Virus record (IMG/VR): IMGVR_UViG_3300025133_009608
Coordinates: 248,001 to 312,000 of that record
Direction: 5' to 3' (one strand)
DNA: 64,000 nucleotides
A program made the position numbers and the translations under genes. Positions 34,102-44,522 of the stretch are shown here, one piece after another (the first letter of the stretch is position 1; every line of letters begins with the position of its first letter). Below the pieces are notes generated by a model. That model did no database searches. It worked only from the letters and a program-made list of their open reading frames with translations, and had not been told where the DNA came from.

Positions 34102-37100
34102 TCAGCAATGATTTCTTGGAAATTTTACCAAGGCATTTGAGTGAGCGGGCTTAAGCCTATTTACCAATTCAATTATTAAATCTTCTGTTTTTTCATCAGT
34201 TATTCTACCTAGATCGTCTAGAATTTCTATATCAAAGTTATAAATGCCTCTTTCTGGATCGATTATCGATGCAAAATTTTCATCGTCTGCCATTACCTTC
34301 GTAAAGTTTATAATAGCAGTTGTCATATCATCTTCTATTATTGGATATATGGATTCTTTATTTTCTGAATAATTTATATCTATATAATTTCCGTAAATAT
34401 CTCTTGGAATGTGCCTTGCAACCCTACTGAATCGTATATTGTCAATTCTAGAATAAGCCGATCTTCCTCCGAGGATATCCCCTCCGACTCCTATTGTTCT
34501 GAAGTCATCAACAATTTTGATTTTATAATTATTTGATGCAATCGTTCCTCGGGAAGATAATTGCTGCCCGTAGGTTATTCCGCCATTATACGTTAAATTT
34601 GTTCCATAAGTTATTGTTCCGCCCTCGATTCCATCGACAAACATCGTCATATTATCCCGACTGGAATTTGCCTTATACGTGCAAATTATTCTATGCCAAG
34701 TATTTTTTGTCCAATTTATATTTGTCTTCACTGCATTCTCTATTCCACTTGCGGTTATGGAAAATACAATTTGGCCAAATTTACTTTTATATATTGATAT
34801 TCTATCCCCAGAAAACTCCAGGGGAACATATGAGACTACAACGTCTACATCGTGCCCGGGCAGCGCCTCTCTTAGGCTTACCTCTCTTCCGTTCGGAGAT
34901 AAAATAGCACCGACGGAGAAATCCTTATCCGTTCCGGTTCCTCCTGCGAGACGTCCGGATATCTGACTCCTATGTATCTCGTCGAAAAGTATGGCGTCCG
35001 CCTCTTCTTGGGTATAAAACTCCGAAAACTCCTTTGTTTTTCTCATTAATCTTATTCCAATGATTTTCGAGGCGGCAGAGGGCAGGCGAATAGAAGTTGG
35101 GGAGCTGGCCGAGACTCTGGCCATTGCAGATGATGCGATATCTATATAGTATCGGTCTTCGTCGTCAGCCTCTGTGTCCATGGCCGGACTGACCCAAAGC
35201 TCGATGGACCCCTCGTCCCTTCTGAAGTATGAATCTTTATTGTTTAAAATCAATGGCGGTGAGTTTATGAATCTTGCAGATTCGCCAAAGGCCGAGTTTA
35301 CACTAACCCCAGAAATATCACTACTCCCTATTCCCGGATAATATGTAGCATCATTAAATATTGGACCACCGGCTGCAGCGTGGGACTCGAGATACGTCGC
35401 TCTTGAGTCCTCTTTTGAAAATCCAATTCTCATCATGTTGTCAACGAAGGTTGCTTCGTTATTTATATGGGCGAGTAATAGGGCTATTTGTTCTGTGTTT
35501 AATTTAAATTTAAAGTTCGTTTCTTCATTTAAAAACTCTTTTAAGCGCAGCCTTCTTCGCTGTAATTCAATTGGATTCTCAAAATGAATAAGGGCCAGGG
35601 TTTGACGGTCAGGGCAGGATCTATTTGGATCATTGAATTCACCAGTAATGCTCCTTACTCCGGCACGGCCGGTGGCAACTGGTCGGGTATCTTGCGACAT
35701 CTCAGAGATTATTTTAAATTCATCAATTACTCCGCCAAACTGCCCCTCTCCTCTTATATCGGTTCCTATAAATGAATCTTTCCCTATCCTTGGAACGGAC
35801 ACTTTTAGCCTGGTTGGGTAGTCGAGCTCGTATTTTCCAGGATGCAACTCAAAGGGAACGGTCCCACCGGTCCCTGCCGTTGTAATATTAAATAGGCCAG
35901 CCCGATAAGACTCAAACTCTGCAGTTTCGCCACCATTCACCGACTCTGTAATCAAATCTGTCTCTACAAGCTCGACAACGCATGGTTCGTAGTCGATGTC
36001 TGCAACGCCAAGGGACCCGGCAATTCTTGAAACATTTAAAAATGTCTTTGACAACTCAACGCTTCCGTTTTCTCTTAAGATAACTCTCTCAACTCCGACT
36101 CCATCCGTAGTATCTCCAAAAACATCAATAAAACTATCACCCAGGCTGGCGCCATATCCGTCTATATATCCATCGCGATCATCACAGAAAATCACATTGT
36201 CGGAGTCAAATCGTAGCGTCAGATTCCGCCCCAGATTCTGAGTTGAAATCCTTCCAGACTCCGAGGTTAGCAAGTTATGCCCAAGCTCAGAGTCAAGCGA
36301 AATCTCAAAGTCTACCGACGAGCCCCATGGGCCAGTTTCGTAACTATCAATCGCCGGAATCATTCGATCAAGAACAACTCTTCGCATAGATATGTCATCC
36401 AAATCGATCGGCGGCGTAGAGTGGGTTTTTAGGATGCTCTTTCCGCTATATTTCTCAATGTCAAATCCGGAGTCCGAATAGTAAGAAGAGCCAGATAGCC
36501 AAATCCCCTCTTTTAGCCTTCCAAGGACGAGTCCAAATGTTCTAATGTGAATGTCTAAATCTGAATACTCAATTGTATCTGTACTTTTGCAATCAACATT
36601 TCCACCAACAAATTCTATCGTTCGATCCGACACGTTGGCCCGGAAGGATGGCTTAATTATTTCATCTCCAGATATTATATTTATCGCCCCACTGTCTACC
36701 GAATAGAGAACCCCACCGAGCTCCATCTCTTCTCCGTTACATGTTTTTCTATAAATCGAAAACTTTTCATTTTTAAGATCTGTTTTAATTCTACTCTTAA
36801 TTCCGGCTGTCGGAGCAAAAGAGAATCTGATATCTGATGCCGAAGTATTAAATACAACTGGATTTAAATTAATGCCAGACACTATTGTTACGCGGCTAGA
36901 GTCGATTACGCTTCCTATTATTAGCTCTTCTCCGACCATGGTTGGGGCCATTCCGGACGATCTTATTATAATAGATCTACCAACCATGTCCGAGGAGAAC
37001 CCTGCATCGCCGGAGTATAGAGAGCTGGAGCCGGCAGATACCGTTCCGTCCTCATATATGTCTGAAAACAATATATTGTCTATCGCAAATCCGTGCAGCA

Positions 37101-40100
37101 CCTCTTGGCCAATGTCTGAAAATTTATCATTTATTTTTATCTTTGCCGAACCACCAAATCTATATAGATTTGGAGCCTCTAGGCCATCAAGAAATAGGTG
37201 CATTTCATCTTGCTCGTTAAGAGTATTTAACCTCCAACTTGCAGCGACATGATGCAGCTCTCCGGGCCTAAAGTTCTTTATATTTGTAGCTATATTAAAA
37301 ACACCCGATTCGGAAGATGACTTACTTTCTTTTATTCTAAAATTTAGAAATCCCTTGCCATCCTTGAACAGAGAGACTCTTCCGTGGCGCTCATCCTCTC
37401 CGGTATCGTATATATACCTGAATCTGTCTGAATTTAAATAAATCTCATCCACGTCATAATCTGGGCCGGACAGGTAGCCATCGGCGTAACCATCAATATA
37501 GCCATCGGCGTAACCATCCACGAACAGGGCCGGCTCTCCCGCAAAGAAGGAGAACAAAACCTTTGAATCAGTATTTATAAATATATCATTGCTCTCTAGC
37601 GTACTCACCCTCTCCTCGTGCCTTCCCTCAAAGGACACTAGGGATAAATCCAGAGAGGAAGATCTTTCTGAGGCTGGCTCGAAAACAGATGAGTCAAGCC
37701 ATCTTATCGCAATGTATGGCTCGGACAGGAGATCGCAGTCATCCAGATTGGCATCATTAAAATCTGACCCGGCAAGCCTTGACAAAATTGTGCTGTCTGC
37801 GCTTATTGTTATATTTCCATCTAAATCTTTATCTACGCTTAGTCCGATAAACTCATTAGATATCCAGTCCAAATATACTATGTCCAAAATGGAGTTATCT
37901 ACTCCGTCCATAATAACAGCCAGTGGAGTTCCGAAGTTAGCATGAGCTAGGGCGATCTTAATAGATATTGATCCATCGCCGATTTCAATTGGAATCATTC
38001 CGGAAAACGTACCAGAAATTGCACCATCAAATTCGGACCCGCCGGCTTGATCGATGTAATTTGCTCGAAAAAATACAGAAGCAGAGTATTCACCGCCGGA
38101 GCATGGGAGGCTTGAATAAATAAGCTCATCTCCACCGGAGAGCCCTCCTCCGCTCATTCTATATATTCCTCCGGATTCATTGGTAGAAAAATCACCAACT
38201 TTTGCCCACGGGATTGACTCCAGGGACGACCCTCCGGTTATGACGTTTATTAGCTCAGACTGCGTCTCCCTGATGTTTCTCCACCCAGACTCCTCTATCA
38301 GTCCGTCTCCGCAGTATCTGAGCTCCGAGGAGCACACAGCTCCAATACGACACCCGTTTTCATCTTCACTTCTTCTCGCCCTCAGTACCGATGAAAATTC
38401 ACCGTTTGTTGTAACCTTTCCTGAAATACCATAATTTGAATGAATTTCTTCAAATGTATTTTGAAACGATCGAACCGCTCGGTCTACCTTGTAGCTTCCA
38501 TCCGGAAGTATTGACGGGAAGCCAAAATCAGAATTGATGACGAGAGAATACAGGGCGGGGTCAGTAGCCATGAGCTGATCTTTGCTTGTAATCTCCCACT
38601 CTTCAGAGATTAGGTCTTCATTCTCGCTATACTCGCCCAGAAGAGAAGATATTCCCCAGTATAAATATTTAGAAATCTGACACTCAAAATCACAATTTTT
38701 ATTATCATCATGATACCACGATGATATCGGGTATACAGCCGGAACTATAGGATAATATCCTCCCCGCGCCGTATTCATGGCGGTTGTCAGCTCCGATCCG
38801 ACGAAGAGCCCAAACTTGTCCGGGTATGTATTTGAATAGCCCACATCACCTATTAAACTCCACACCATTCTGGTCGTTGGATCTACAGCTTCGTCCGAGA
38901 TGTCATTTGAATATATTACAATACCAGTATTAAACTCTTTATCTTCCCAAATTCTTGACTCAAGTGAGTCAAAATCGCCTCTATCTTCTGAGACTATTAT
39001 ATATGAATTTCTTTCCGTCAAATTTTGAATAACGAGCTTATTATCAGGATGACCGTCTTCGTCATTATCCAAGAGCTGGGCAAGAACATTTGCAACGTGC
39101 AGGACTTTTTCGCTTGAAGCCAAGCTCGTAGAGAAAATATGAATCCCGAATACATTAATGTACTTTACAAGCCCCGCGGCAAAAAACGAAGATAACTCCG
39201 CCGGGGGATTGGAAAACTCCAGGGAGAAATCGTCGTATATCGGGAACGCTCCAGATGGAATTACTACATTTTTATCTATTCGACTCCTAATAACCCACTG
39301 GCCCGCATCTTCAGACAGCGGTGATTCGCAGGTCTCATCGAAGCCTATAAATATCCCCTCGCTTACATCCGCATTATGAGGAAGACCAGAAGACACGAGC
39401 GGAAAATCATCTTTGTTTACAGAAAACGGCATACGCATGGGGTTTCTTGCGGTCTTTCCAATAAATATGTCTTCCAATCCAAACCTATTTTTTATGGAAT
39501 AATTATATTTTCCTATATTAAATACAGACTGGCACATGCTATCTGGAGCAGATATGGAGATTCCGTGCCCAAATGATGAGTCGCTATGCGACATAAGATC
39601 CGAGTAGAGAACTTGAGCTTTCTTTCCGGCATTTAGGTGCGTCTTTAGCAACACAGAGACAACGTTATCTAATGGATTATGATCTGTTGTTACATTGACG
39701 TGACCAGAGCTCCAATCTAATAGGTAGTCCATATTCTCAAAATTAAAAATTTCTTCAGACAAAGCGCTGGTTGCGAGGGGAATGGAGACAGATTGAGCCA
39801 CAACTCTTAATCTTCCAATCGGAAGGTAATCGTTCAAGGCCTTCGACCCTGCGGCGCTAAGATGCTGCATATTTCCGGGGATTCTCTCGATAATAAATCC
39901 GCCAATTTTGGTCGGAATTCCGCCCCTTACCGTTCTTCCTGCAAGATCCAAGAACGCATACACCTCATATATCCCGCCATTTGAGTCGACGATCTGAAGT
40001 ACAGACGGGGACTCATCGATAAGGAAATTCTTGTTCAGGAATGACGAAAGATCGATCTCGTGGTCCAACTCAATTCTTATAACCTGGGTGTCTTTATTTC

Positions 40101-43100
40101 TAAAGTCCAAAAGATTATCAATAACATTGCTAACAGCGCAGACACATCCTCGTATGGGGTACGGCCCCTCGTATGACGGATACTCCACCGCATCAATATG
40201 CTCTTCTTTCGTCTCGAAGATTAAAATATTTCCATCGGAATCCCTTACCGGCTTCACATTAAGCAGAATCTGCAGAGATTTATTATTATCAGAGATAGAA
40301 ATTGCGGCCACACAATTAGAGTCCAAATCGGACATGTGATGGGATATATCTGTAGAATGTCCAAGCGCTTCGGGAAGGGAGAAGGTATCAACTCTTATGC
40401 TCGTATCGAGCCTAAGTGGGCCAAAATGAGAAAGGGCCGGTGGGCTTTTCTTTAGCCCAAACTCTCCGGACGAAACCTTCTCTAGTCCAGATTCGTCGTA
40501 TACCATCTTGTAGTTCGATATAGAGACTCCATCTCCAGAGTAATCTATAGTCCCAACAGCGTTGGATATCTCGAATAATTCAAATTTATTTTTGAGGCTA
40601 AACGGATCCGTGGTTGTATTGTAATAAAACCTATCTTCTCCGATATCATCCAAGTTAATCGTTAAGGTTGCATCATTATTTATACCTGCCCACTCCGGAC
40701 GAATCCATGCAGATAGCGTTCCCTCTTCTATTGAAATATTTGAATCGGAGGGTATTTTAACAATATTATCATCATTTATCATCAGCCCTGAGCCAAATCG
40801 ACCCTCGGAGAAATCCAGAACACCGCTGTATTCAACTCCACCCGGAGATAAGTAGTCTCGCCCAAGAATCCAGTTTCCAAAATGAGACTCAGTTATCTCC
40901 GGCTCAATCAGTGTGAACGATTCTATCAATGATTTGAACGCCGGGACGGTCGGCCCAGATGTAAATGCCTCTAGCGTCCCCAGTAGCGCGCTTCTATACG
41001 TTTCGCGGTCTGTCGACATAGAGAAGTCTTTGAAAAATGGTATATCAGTTAGGTTTCCGAAGTTTTTCCTCAGAGCATCCCTGAGCGCTCCGTATTTGTA
41101 TGATACATAATAATCCTGCCCCTCGATCATCGCATTGGAGATGGACCAGTCAATTTGATTATCTCCATATTCATATGATACATAGATATCGTCAGCAACA
41201 TACGAGTAATCTAAAAAGATCTTCCCGTACCTATAATCCACAATGAGACTATCTCCGGGCTCGGGGATGTTGCTATCGATATAAGATATATCTACCATAT
41301 CTCCATTTGCAACGGCGGCATCCGACGGAATTAATATCTCCATTCTATCTTCATAGATGTCTACAGTGGCTTTTACAATGATCTTCGCGCCCGCTCCTAC
41401 TGTCGGCTCTTGCGCCTCTACGTTATTTACTGCAGGAGAGAAGACGTCAAGCGTTGATGTCAGGCTGTCAAAGTTATTTATTTCGAACCTATTTCCATCC
41501 GAATCAAGCAGAAAATCTTCTAGGTTATCTATTGATGAATTTATGCTTCCGCTCCTAATCCCGGCCGAGGCTGTGCCATCGAAAGAATTGGAGAAAACTA
41601 TTTCAACATCGTCGATTTTTGTTACATTTAGCTTCTCATCAAACAGCTCCTCTCCCGTTTTGGACAAGGTTATTGATAATAGTTTGCTAATATTTGAATC
41701 TTTTACCGTTATACTATAAGTCCCATCTTTTTCTATCAGGTAGCGACTATCATGCCTCTTTAGATCGATAACATTGGCGTCGATCTTCATATGTGAGGCG
41801 TTATAAATATTTCCGCCGCCGTCCGAAACAAAGGAGGTTAACAAGGAAGCATCGAGGGCCGATTTTCTTTTGGATCTGTACCTGCTATCAAGGCTAGCGC
41901 CTACAACTGATTCTTTTAAGTAAATTCCATTTATCTGTCTTATATCGGACATCATGGCAACCGTATAGTCGCCGAGAACAGTTGCAGCAGAAACCGCCTC
42001 CCCGTGAGAGTTAAATGTACTTCCAATCTCCGGAGACTCAAATGATGGCTCTAGATCTATTAGTGATATACTATTGGAATCAAGAGAGAAATCTTCATAT
42101 ATTACGGCTGCATTTTTAATCGAATCAGAAGCTCTGTTTTTCTTTGCGATCTGATCCGAGCTTAATAGGTTGGGGTTTTTGGTTATAATCTTTGAGCAAC
42201 TATATTTTGCCGTTCCAAGCGCGAGGGGGTCCTGGCTCTTATTGATTCCAAGATATACAACTCCATGCGCATAATCAACAACATAGTCTCCAACGCGAGT
42301 TATCCTGGATAAATTCTCAAAAAATTTATCGCCGCGCTTAGACAAAACCGACGATACAAACCCCGATCTTGATGCCTCGTTGATGTCGTAATCAGATGAA
42401 AGCGGAGAAAAGAACCTCTCTTCTATAAATACATCATCTTTGGAAAAAGATAATGATGAATTAAAAAAGACACCCATGGCGTCAAGCTCTTTATTTAAAA
42501 TGCCAATATTTGAAAGAGCCATGGAAATAACTCTTGGCCCAATAATCACTTCCGAGCCCAGCATGGGGGTCGACAAGGAGTTGGATATTCCAACAGAGTT
42601 TATCACGCCCTCTGAGTCGGGGGAGCCAAAAAACTGAATCGGCAGATCGTCCGAATCGGACTCCCCTCTTATAAAGTATTCTTTTGAGTTCTCGTCGATC
42701 AGCTCTGCCGGGATGCCCGGCTTGATCTTAATGTTACTATTTGAACCTCCAGATACAACCGTAGTCTTAAATGCCGGAGAGACAAACTCTTCGAATGGCT
42801 CGATTTTTTCTGCATCAACCTTTAGGAACTCTGCCATTTCTGATTTTTTAGACTCAAACTTTGGAGGAGTTCGGCCAGTGAAATGGATTTCCGTATCGGT
42901 AGTGTATAGTTTTTTATATACTTCTCCCGTTGTTTGGTTTACAATTCTAAATACATTTGTTATCGGCTGATGCGCCGTCTCTACCGAGAAAGACGACGTA
43001 AAGTTGTTTTCCACATGCTCGGCCGAGACCTCCTCGTGACATGGAGCTCTATAATCATCTCCCTCTGAAAATACCTCTCCGTAAGAGAATTCTATTTTCA

Positions 43101-44520
43101 CCTCTTGGCCGCCGAGATCTCTCACCTTGCTGGCGACAACATCTCCTCCATCAACATAATAGTCTAAATTATTCTCAAATACGTCTCTATAGTAATATTG
43201 CGCAGCGAGGCTTTTAGACCCAGTTCCAGATACCCCGTCTCCAACGATTATTACCTCTCCGGTTTCGTAATTTATCGAGTACTCGCCCTCCAGCATCGGG
43301 AGTCTTGATGTATTAAACTTTAGTTCTTTTAAAAATGCACTTGGAAGCCCCGGCTCTCCGGATGAATGTGAAAATGCAACCCCGCCAATCTCGGCAACTT
43401 CGTTATTAGAAAAAACAATCGGAGCATTAGACAAAAAGAATCTAGAAATATTGGTTGGAATCGATTCCTTTGCCACATGTTTTACGTTAAATACACTAAC
43501 TGAATCTTCCGACACCTCAATTCCAAAGTCATTAAACGCATAAGAGATTATTAACTTATCGCCGGGTCGTGGCTTGTCTATATTTCCAAACTCAGATATT
43601 AAAATTTGATTTGATTTCAACTCAAAGTAAGAAAGAGAATGTTCTCGATCATATTTATTATCCAGTATGGAGTACTTATATCTTTCTATATTATAATCTG
43701 TTCCTATTTCATTATTGCAATCATAAATATCATTTTCCTTTATGAGCGCTAGGGACAATAATTTTATTATATTCTTATTTGCAAGACTAATTAAATATCC
43801 ATCAAATTCGCCATCACTTGTATCTTCACTAATGTCTACGCTTACCACTCGCCTGCGGAGCGACACTGGGCCGCTTGATGGCATAGCCCCCTCCCTCGCC
43901 TCTCCGCCAGAAGACAGGTCTATTGCTCCGAATCTCGACGGAAAGCCTTCGGGAATCTTCGAAACCCTATCCACACTATACGATCCTTCGTTTCCAAGGC
44001 GGTCTGTGGCGCCCGCGCCTCTTGTTCTTAGCTCGTTAATTACAGTTTCTGATATGTAGTTGTCGCTTAACACCTCTCCGATGTGCTTTTGGGCCTTATA
44101 TATTTCATCAGCTTGGGAGCTAACTATATCTTTTATTAATGTATTTTCTAGGCTATATAGATGCGGAACTTCTTCGAAAATTCTATCGCGAATCGGATTA
44201 TATGAGTCAATTCCTATAAAAAAGATCTCTCTTGAGTTATCATCATTTATTAAAGACGCGCCCCTCTCTGAAGAAAATGGAGAGTCGTCAGTATCAATCA
44301 TTTTAAGTAAATAAAAGTTTCCAGAAACCTGTGGTCTGGTTTTTATCTCTATGCTCTTATCTTTTACCGATACACTCAATATCTCCAGGTCATCTATATT
44401 CCCGCCCAGGGATGTTATCGTAAAGTTACTGGCTGAAATCTTGTCGGATACGTTGTCGGTGAATACGATCTTTATCCCAGTACTAGATGTAACCGTAAAA
44501 TGAGTTGGTCTTAATAACAT
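34102..44520 (-). CDS. 3472-aa giant baseplate wedge/adhesin protein (Ig-like, P2 gpI/gp7-like wedge segment, several LamG/ConA domains, peptidase-like insert)
   Basis: DRETYRSALLG...GPTVPAFKSLIESFT...PEITE wedge-like segment (about 40890-41010); LamG signatures EGTLSAWIRPEW, ELHHVAASW...LFLDG, EGSIELWVSP, WHRIICTY...FVDG, IDNIRFS; directly downstream of baseplate J. Confidence 0.7.
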   Translation of the reverse strand: MLLRPTHFTVTSSTGIKIVFTDNVSDKISASNFTITSLGGNIDDLEILSVSVKDKSIEIKTRPQVSGNFYLLKMIDTDDSPFSSERGASLINDDNSREIFFIGIDSYNPIRDRIFEEVPHLYSLENTLIKDIVSSQADEIYKAQKHIGEVLSDNYISETVINELRTRGAGATDRLGNEGSYSVDRVSKIPEGFPSRFGAIDLSSGGEAREGAMPSSGPVSLRRRVVSVDISEDTSDGEFDGYLISLANKNIIKLLSLALIKENDIYDCNNEIGTDYNIERYKYSILDNKYDREHSLSYFELKSNQILISEFGNIDKPRPGDKLIISYAFNDFGIEVSEDSVSVFNVKHVAKESIPTNISRFFLSNAPIVFSNNEVAEIGGVAFSHSSGEPGLPSAFLKELKFNTSRLPMLEGEYSINYETGEVIIVGDGVSGTGSKSLAAQYYYRDVFENNLDYYVDGGDVVASKVRDLGGQEVKIEFSYGEVFSEGDDYRAPCHEEVSAEHVENNFTSSFSVETAHQPITNVFRIVNQTTGEVYKKLYTTDTEIHFTGRTPPKFESKKSEMAEFLKVDAEKIEPFEEFVSPAFKTTVVSGGSNSNIKIKPGIPAELIDENSKEYFIRGESDSDDLPIQFFGSPDSEGVINSVGISNSLSTPMLGSEVIIGPRVISMALSNIGILNKELDAMGVFFNSSLSFSKDDVFIEERFFSPLSSDYDINEASRSGFVSSVLSKRGDKFFENLSRITRVGDYVVDYAHGVVYLGINKSQDPLALGTAKYSCSKIITKNPNLLSSDQIAKKNRASDSIKNAAVIYEDFSLDSNSISLIDLEPSFESPEIGSTFNSHGEAVSAATVLGDYTVAMMSDIRQINGIYLKESVVGASLDSRYRSKRKSALDASLLTSFVSDGGGNIYNASHMKIDANVIDLKRHDSRYLIEKDGTYSITVKDSNISKLLSITLSKTGEELFDEKLNVTKIDDVEIVFSNSFDGTASAGIRSGSINSSIDNLEDFLLDSDGNRFEINNFDSLTSTLDVFSPAVNNVEAQEPTVGAGAKIIVKATVDIYEDRMEILIPSDAAVANGDMVDISYIDSNIPEPGDSLIVDYRYGKIFLDYSYVADDIYVSYEYGDNQIDWSISNAMIEGQDYYVSYKYGALRDALRKNFGNLTDIPFFKDFSMSTDRETYRSALLGTLEAFTSGPTVPAFKSLIESFTLIEPEITESHFGNWILGRDYLSPGGVEYSGVLDFSEGRFGSGLMINDDNIVKIPSDSNISIEEGTLSAWIRPEWAGINNDATLTINLDDIGEDRFYYNTTTDPFSLKNKFELFEISNAVGTIDYSGDGVSISNYKMVYDESGLEKVSSGEFGLKKSPPALSHFGPLRLDTSIRVDTFSLPEALGHSTDISHHMSDLDSNCVAAISISDNNKSLQILLNVKPVRDSDGNILIFETKEEHIDAVEYPSYEGPYPIRGCVCAVSNVIDNLLDFRNKDTQVIRIELDHEIDLSSFLNKNFLIDESPSVLQIVDSNGGIYEVYAFLDLAGRTVRGGIPTKIGGFIIERIPGNMQHLSAAGSKALNDYLPIGRLRVVAQSVSIPLATSALSEEIFNFENMDYLLDWSSGHVNVTTDHNPLDNVVSVLLKTHLNAGKKAQVLYSDLMSHSDSSFGHGISISAPDSMCQSVFNIGKYNYSIKNRFGLEDIFIGKTARNPMRMPFSVNKDDFPLVSSGLPHNADVSEGIFIGFDETCESPLSEDAGQWVIRSRIDKNVVIPSGAFPIYDDFSLEFSNPPAELSSFFAAGLVKYINVFGIHIFSTSLASSEKVLHVANVLAQLLDNDEDGHPDNKLVIQNLTERNSYIIVSEDRGDFDSLESRIWEDKEFNTGIVIYSNDISDEAVDPTTRMVWSLIGDVGYSNTYPDKFGLFVGSELTTAMNTARGGYYPIVPAVYPISSWYHDDNKNCDFECQISKYLYWGISSLLGEYSENEDLISEEWEITSKDQLMATDPALYSLVINSDFGFPSILPDGSYKVDRAVRSFQNTFEEIHSNYGISGKVTTNGEFSSVLRARRSEDENGCRIGAVCSSELRYCGDGLIEESGWRNIRETQSELINVITGGSSLESIPWAKVGDFSTNESGGIYRMSGGGLSGGDELIYSSLPCSGGEYSASVFFRANYIDQAGGSEFDGAISGTFSGMIPIEIGDGSISIKIALAHANFGTPLAVIMDGVDNSILDIVYLDWISNEFIGLSVDKDLDGNITISADSTILSRLAGSDFNDANLDDCDLLSEPYIAIRWLDSSVFEPASERSSSLDLSLVSFEGRHEERVSTLESNDIFINTDSKVLFSFFAGEPALFVDGYADGYIDGYADGYLSGPDYDVDEIYLNSDRFRYIYDTGEDERHGRVSLFKDGKGFLNFRIKESKSSSESGVFNIATNIKNFRPGELHHVAASWRLNTLNEQDEMHLFLDGLEAPNLYRFGGSAKIKINDKFSDIGQEVLHGFAIDNILFSDIYEDGTVSAGSSSLYSGDAGFSSDMVGRSIIIRSSGMAPTMVGEELIIGSVIDSSRVTIVSGINLNPVVFNTSASDIRFSFAPTAGIKSRIKTDLKNEKFSIYRKTCNGEEMELGGVLYSVDSGAINIISGDEIIKPSFRANVSDRTIEFVGGNVDCKSTDTIEYSDLDIHIRTFGLVLGRLKEGIWLSGSSYYSDSGFDIEKYSGKSILKTHSTPPIDLDDISMRRVVLDRMIPAIDSYETGPWGSSVDFEISLDSELGHNLLTSESGRISTQNLGRNLTLRFDSDNVIFCDDRDGYIDGYGASLGDSFIDVFGDTTDGVGVERVILRENGSVELSKTFLNVSRIAGSLGVADIDYEPCVVELVETDLITESVNGGETAEFESYRAGLFNITTAGTGGTVPFELHPGKYELDYPTRLKVSVPRIGKDSFIGTDIRGEGQFGGVIDEFKIISEMSQDTRPVATGRAGVRSITGEFNDPNRSCPDRQTLALIHFENPIELQRRRLRLKEFLNEETNFKFKLNTEQIALLLAHINNEATFVDNMMRIGFSKEDSRATYLESHAAAGGPIFNDATYYPGIGSSDISGVSVNSAFGESARFINSPPLILNNKDSYFRRDEGSIELWVSPAMDTEADDEDRYYIDIASSAMARVSASSPTSIRLPSAASKIIGIRLMRKTKEFSEFYTQEEADAILFDEIHRSQISGRLAGGTGTDKDFSVGAILSPNGREVSLREALPGHDVDVVVSYVPLEFSGDRISIYKSKFGQIVFSITASGIENAVKTNINWTKNTWHRIICTYKANSSRDNMTMFVDGIEGGTITYGTNLTYNGGITYGQQLSSRGTIASNNYKIKIVDDFRTIGVGGDILGGRSAYSRIDNIRFSRVARHIPRDIYGNYIDINYSENKESIYPIIEDDMTTAIINFTKVMADDENFASIIDPERGIYNFDIEILDDLGRITDEKTEDLIIELVNRLKPAHSNALVKFPRNHC
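37475..37518 (+). repeat. 24-bp-period in-frame tandem repeat (TAGCCATCGGCGTAACCATC x2) encoding DGYADGY
   Basis: Identical 20-mers at 37475-37494 and 37499-37518; the protein reads VDGYADGYIDGYADGYL. Confidence 0.9.
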
Positions 44521-44522
44521 TT

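Noticed and set aside
37475-37518. Direct repeat as a possible CRISPR or attachment site
   Set aside because: Only two copies with a 4-bp spacer, in frame inside a coding sequence.
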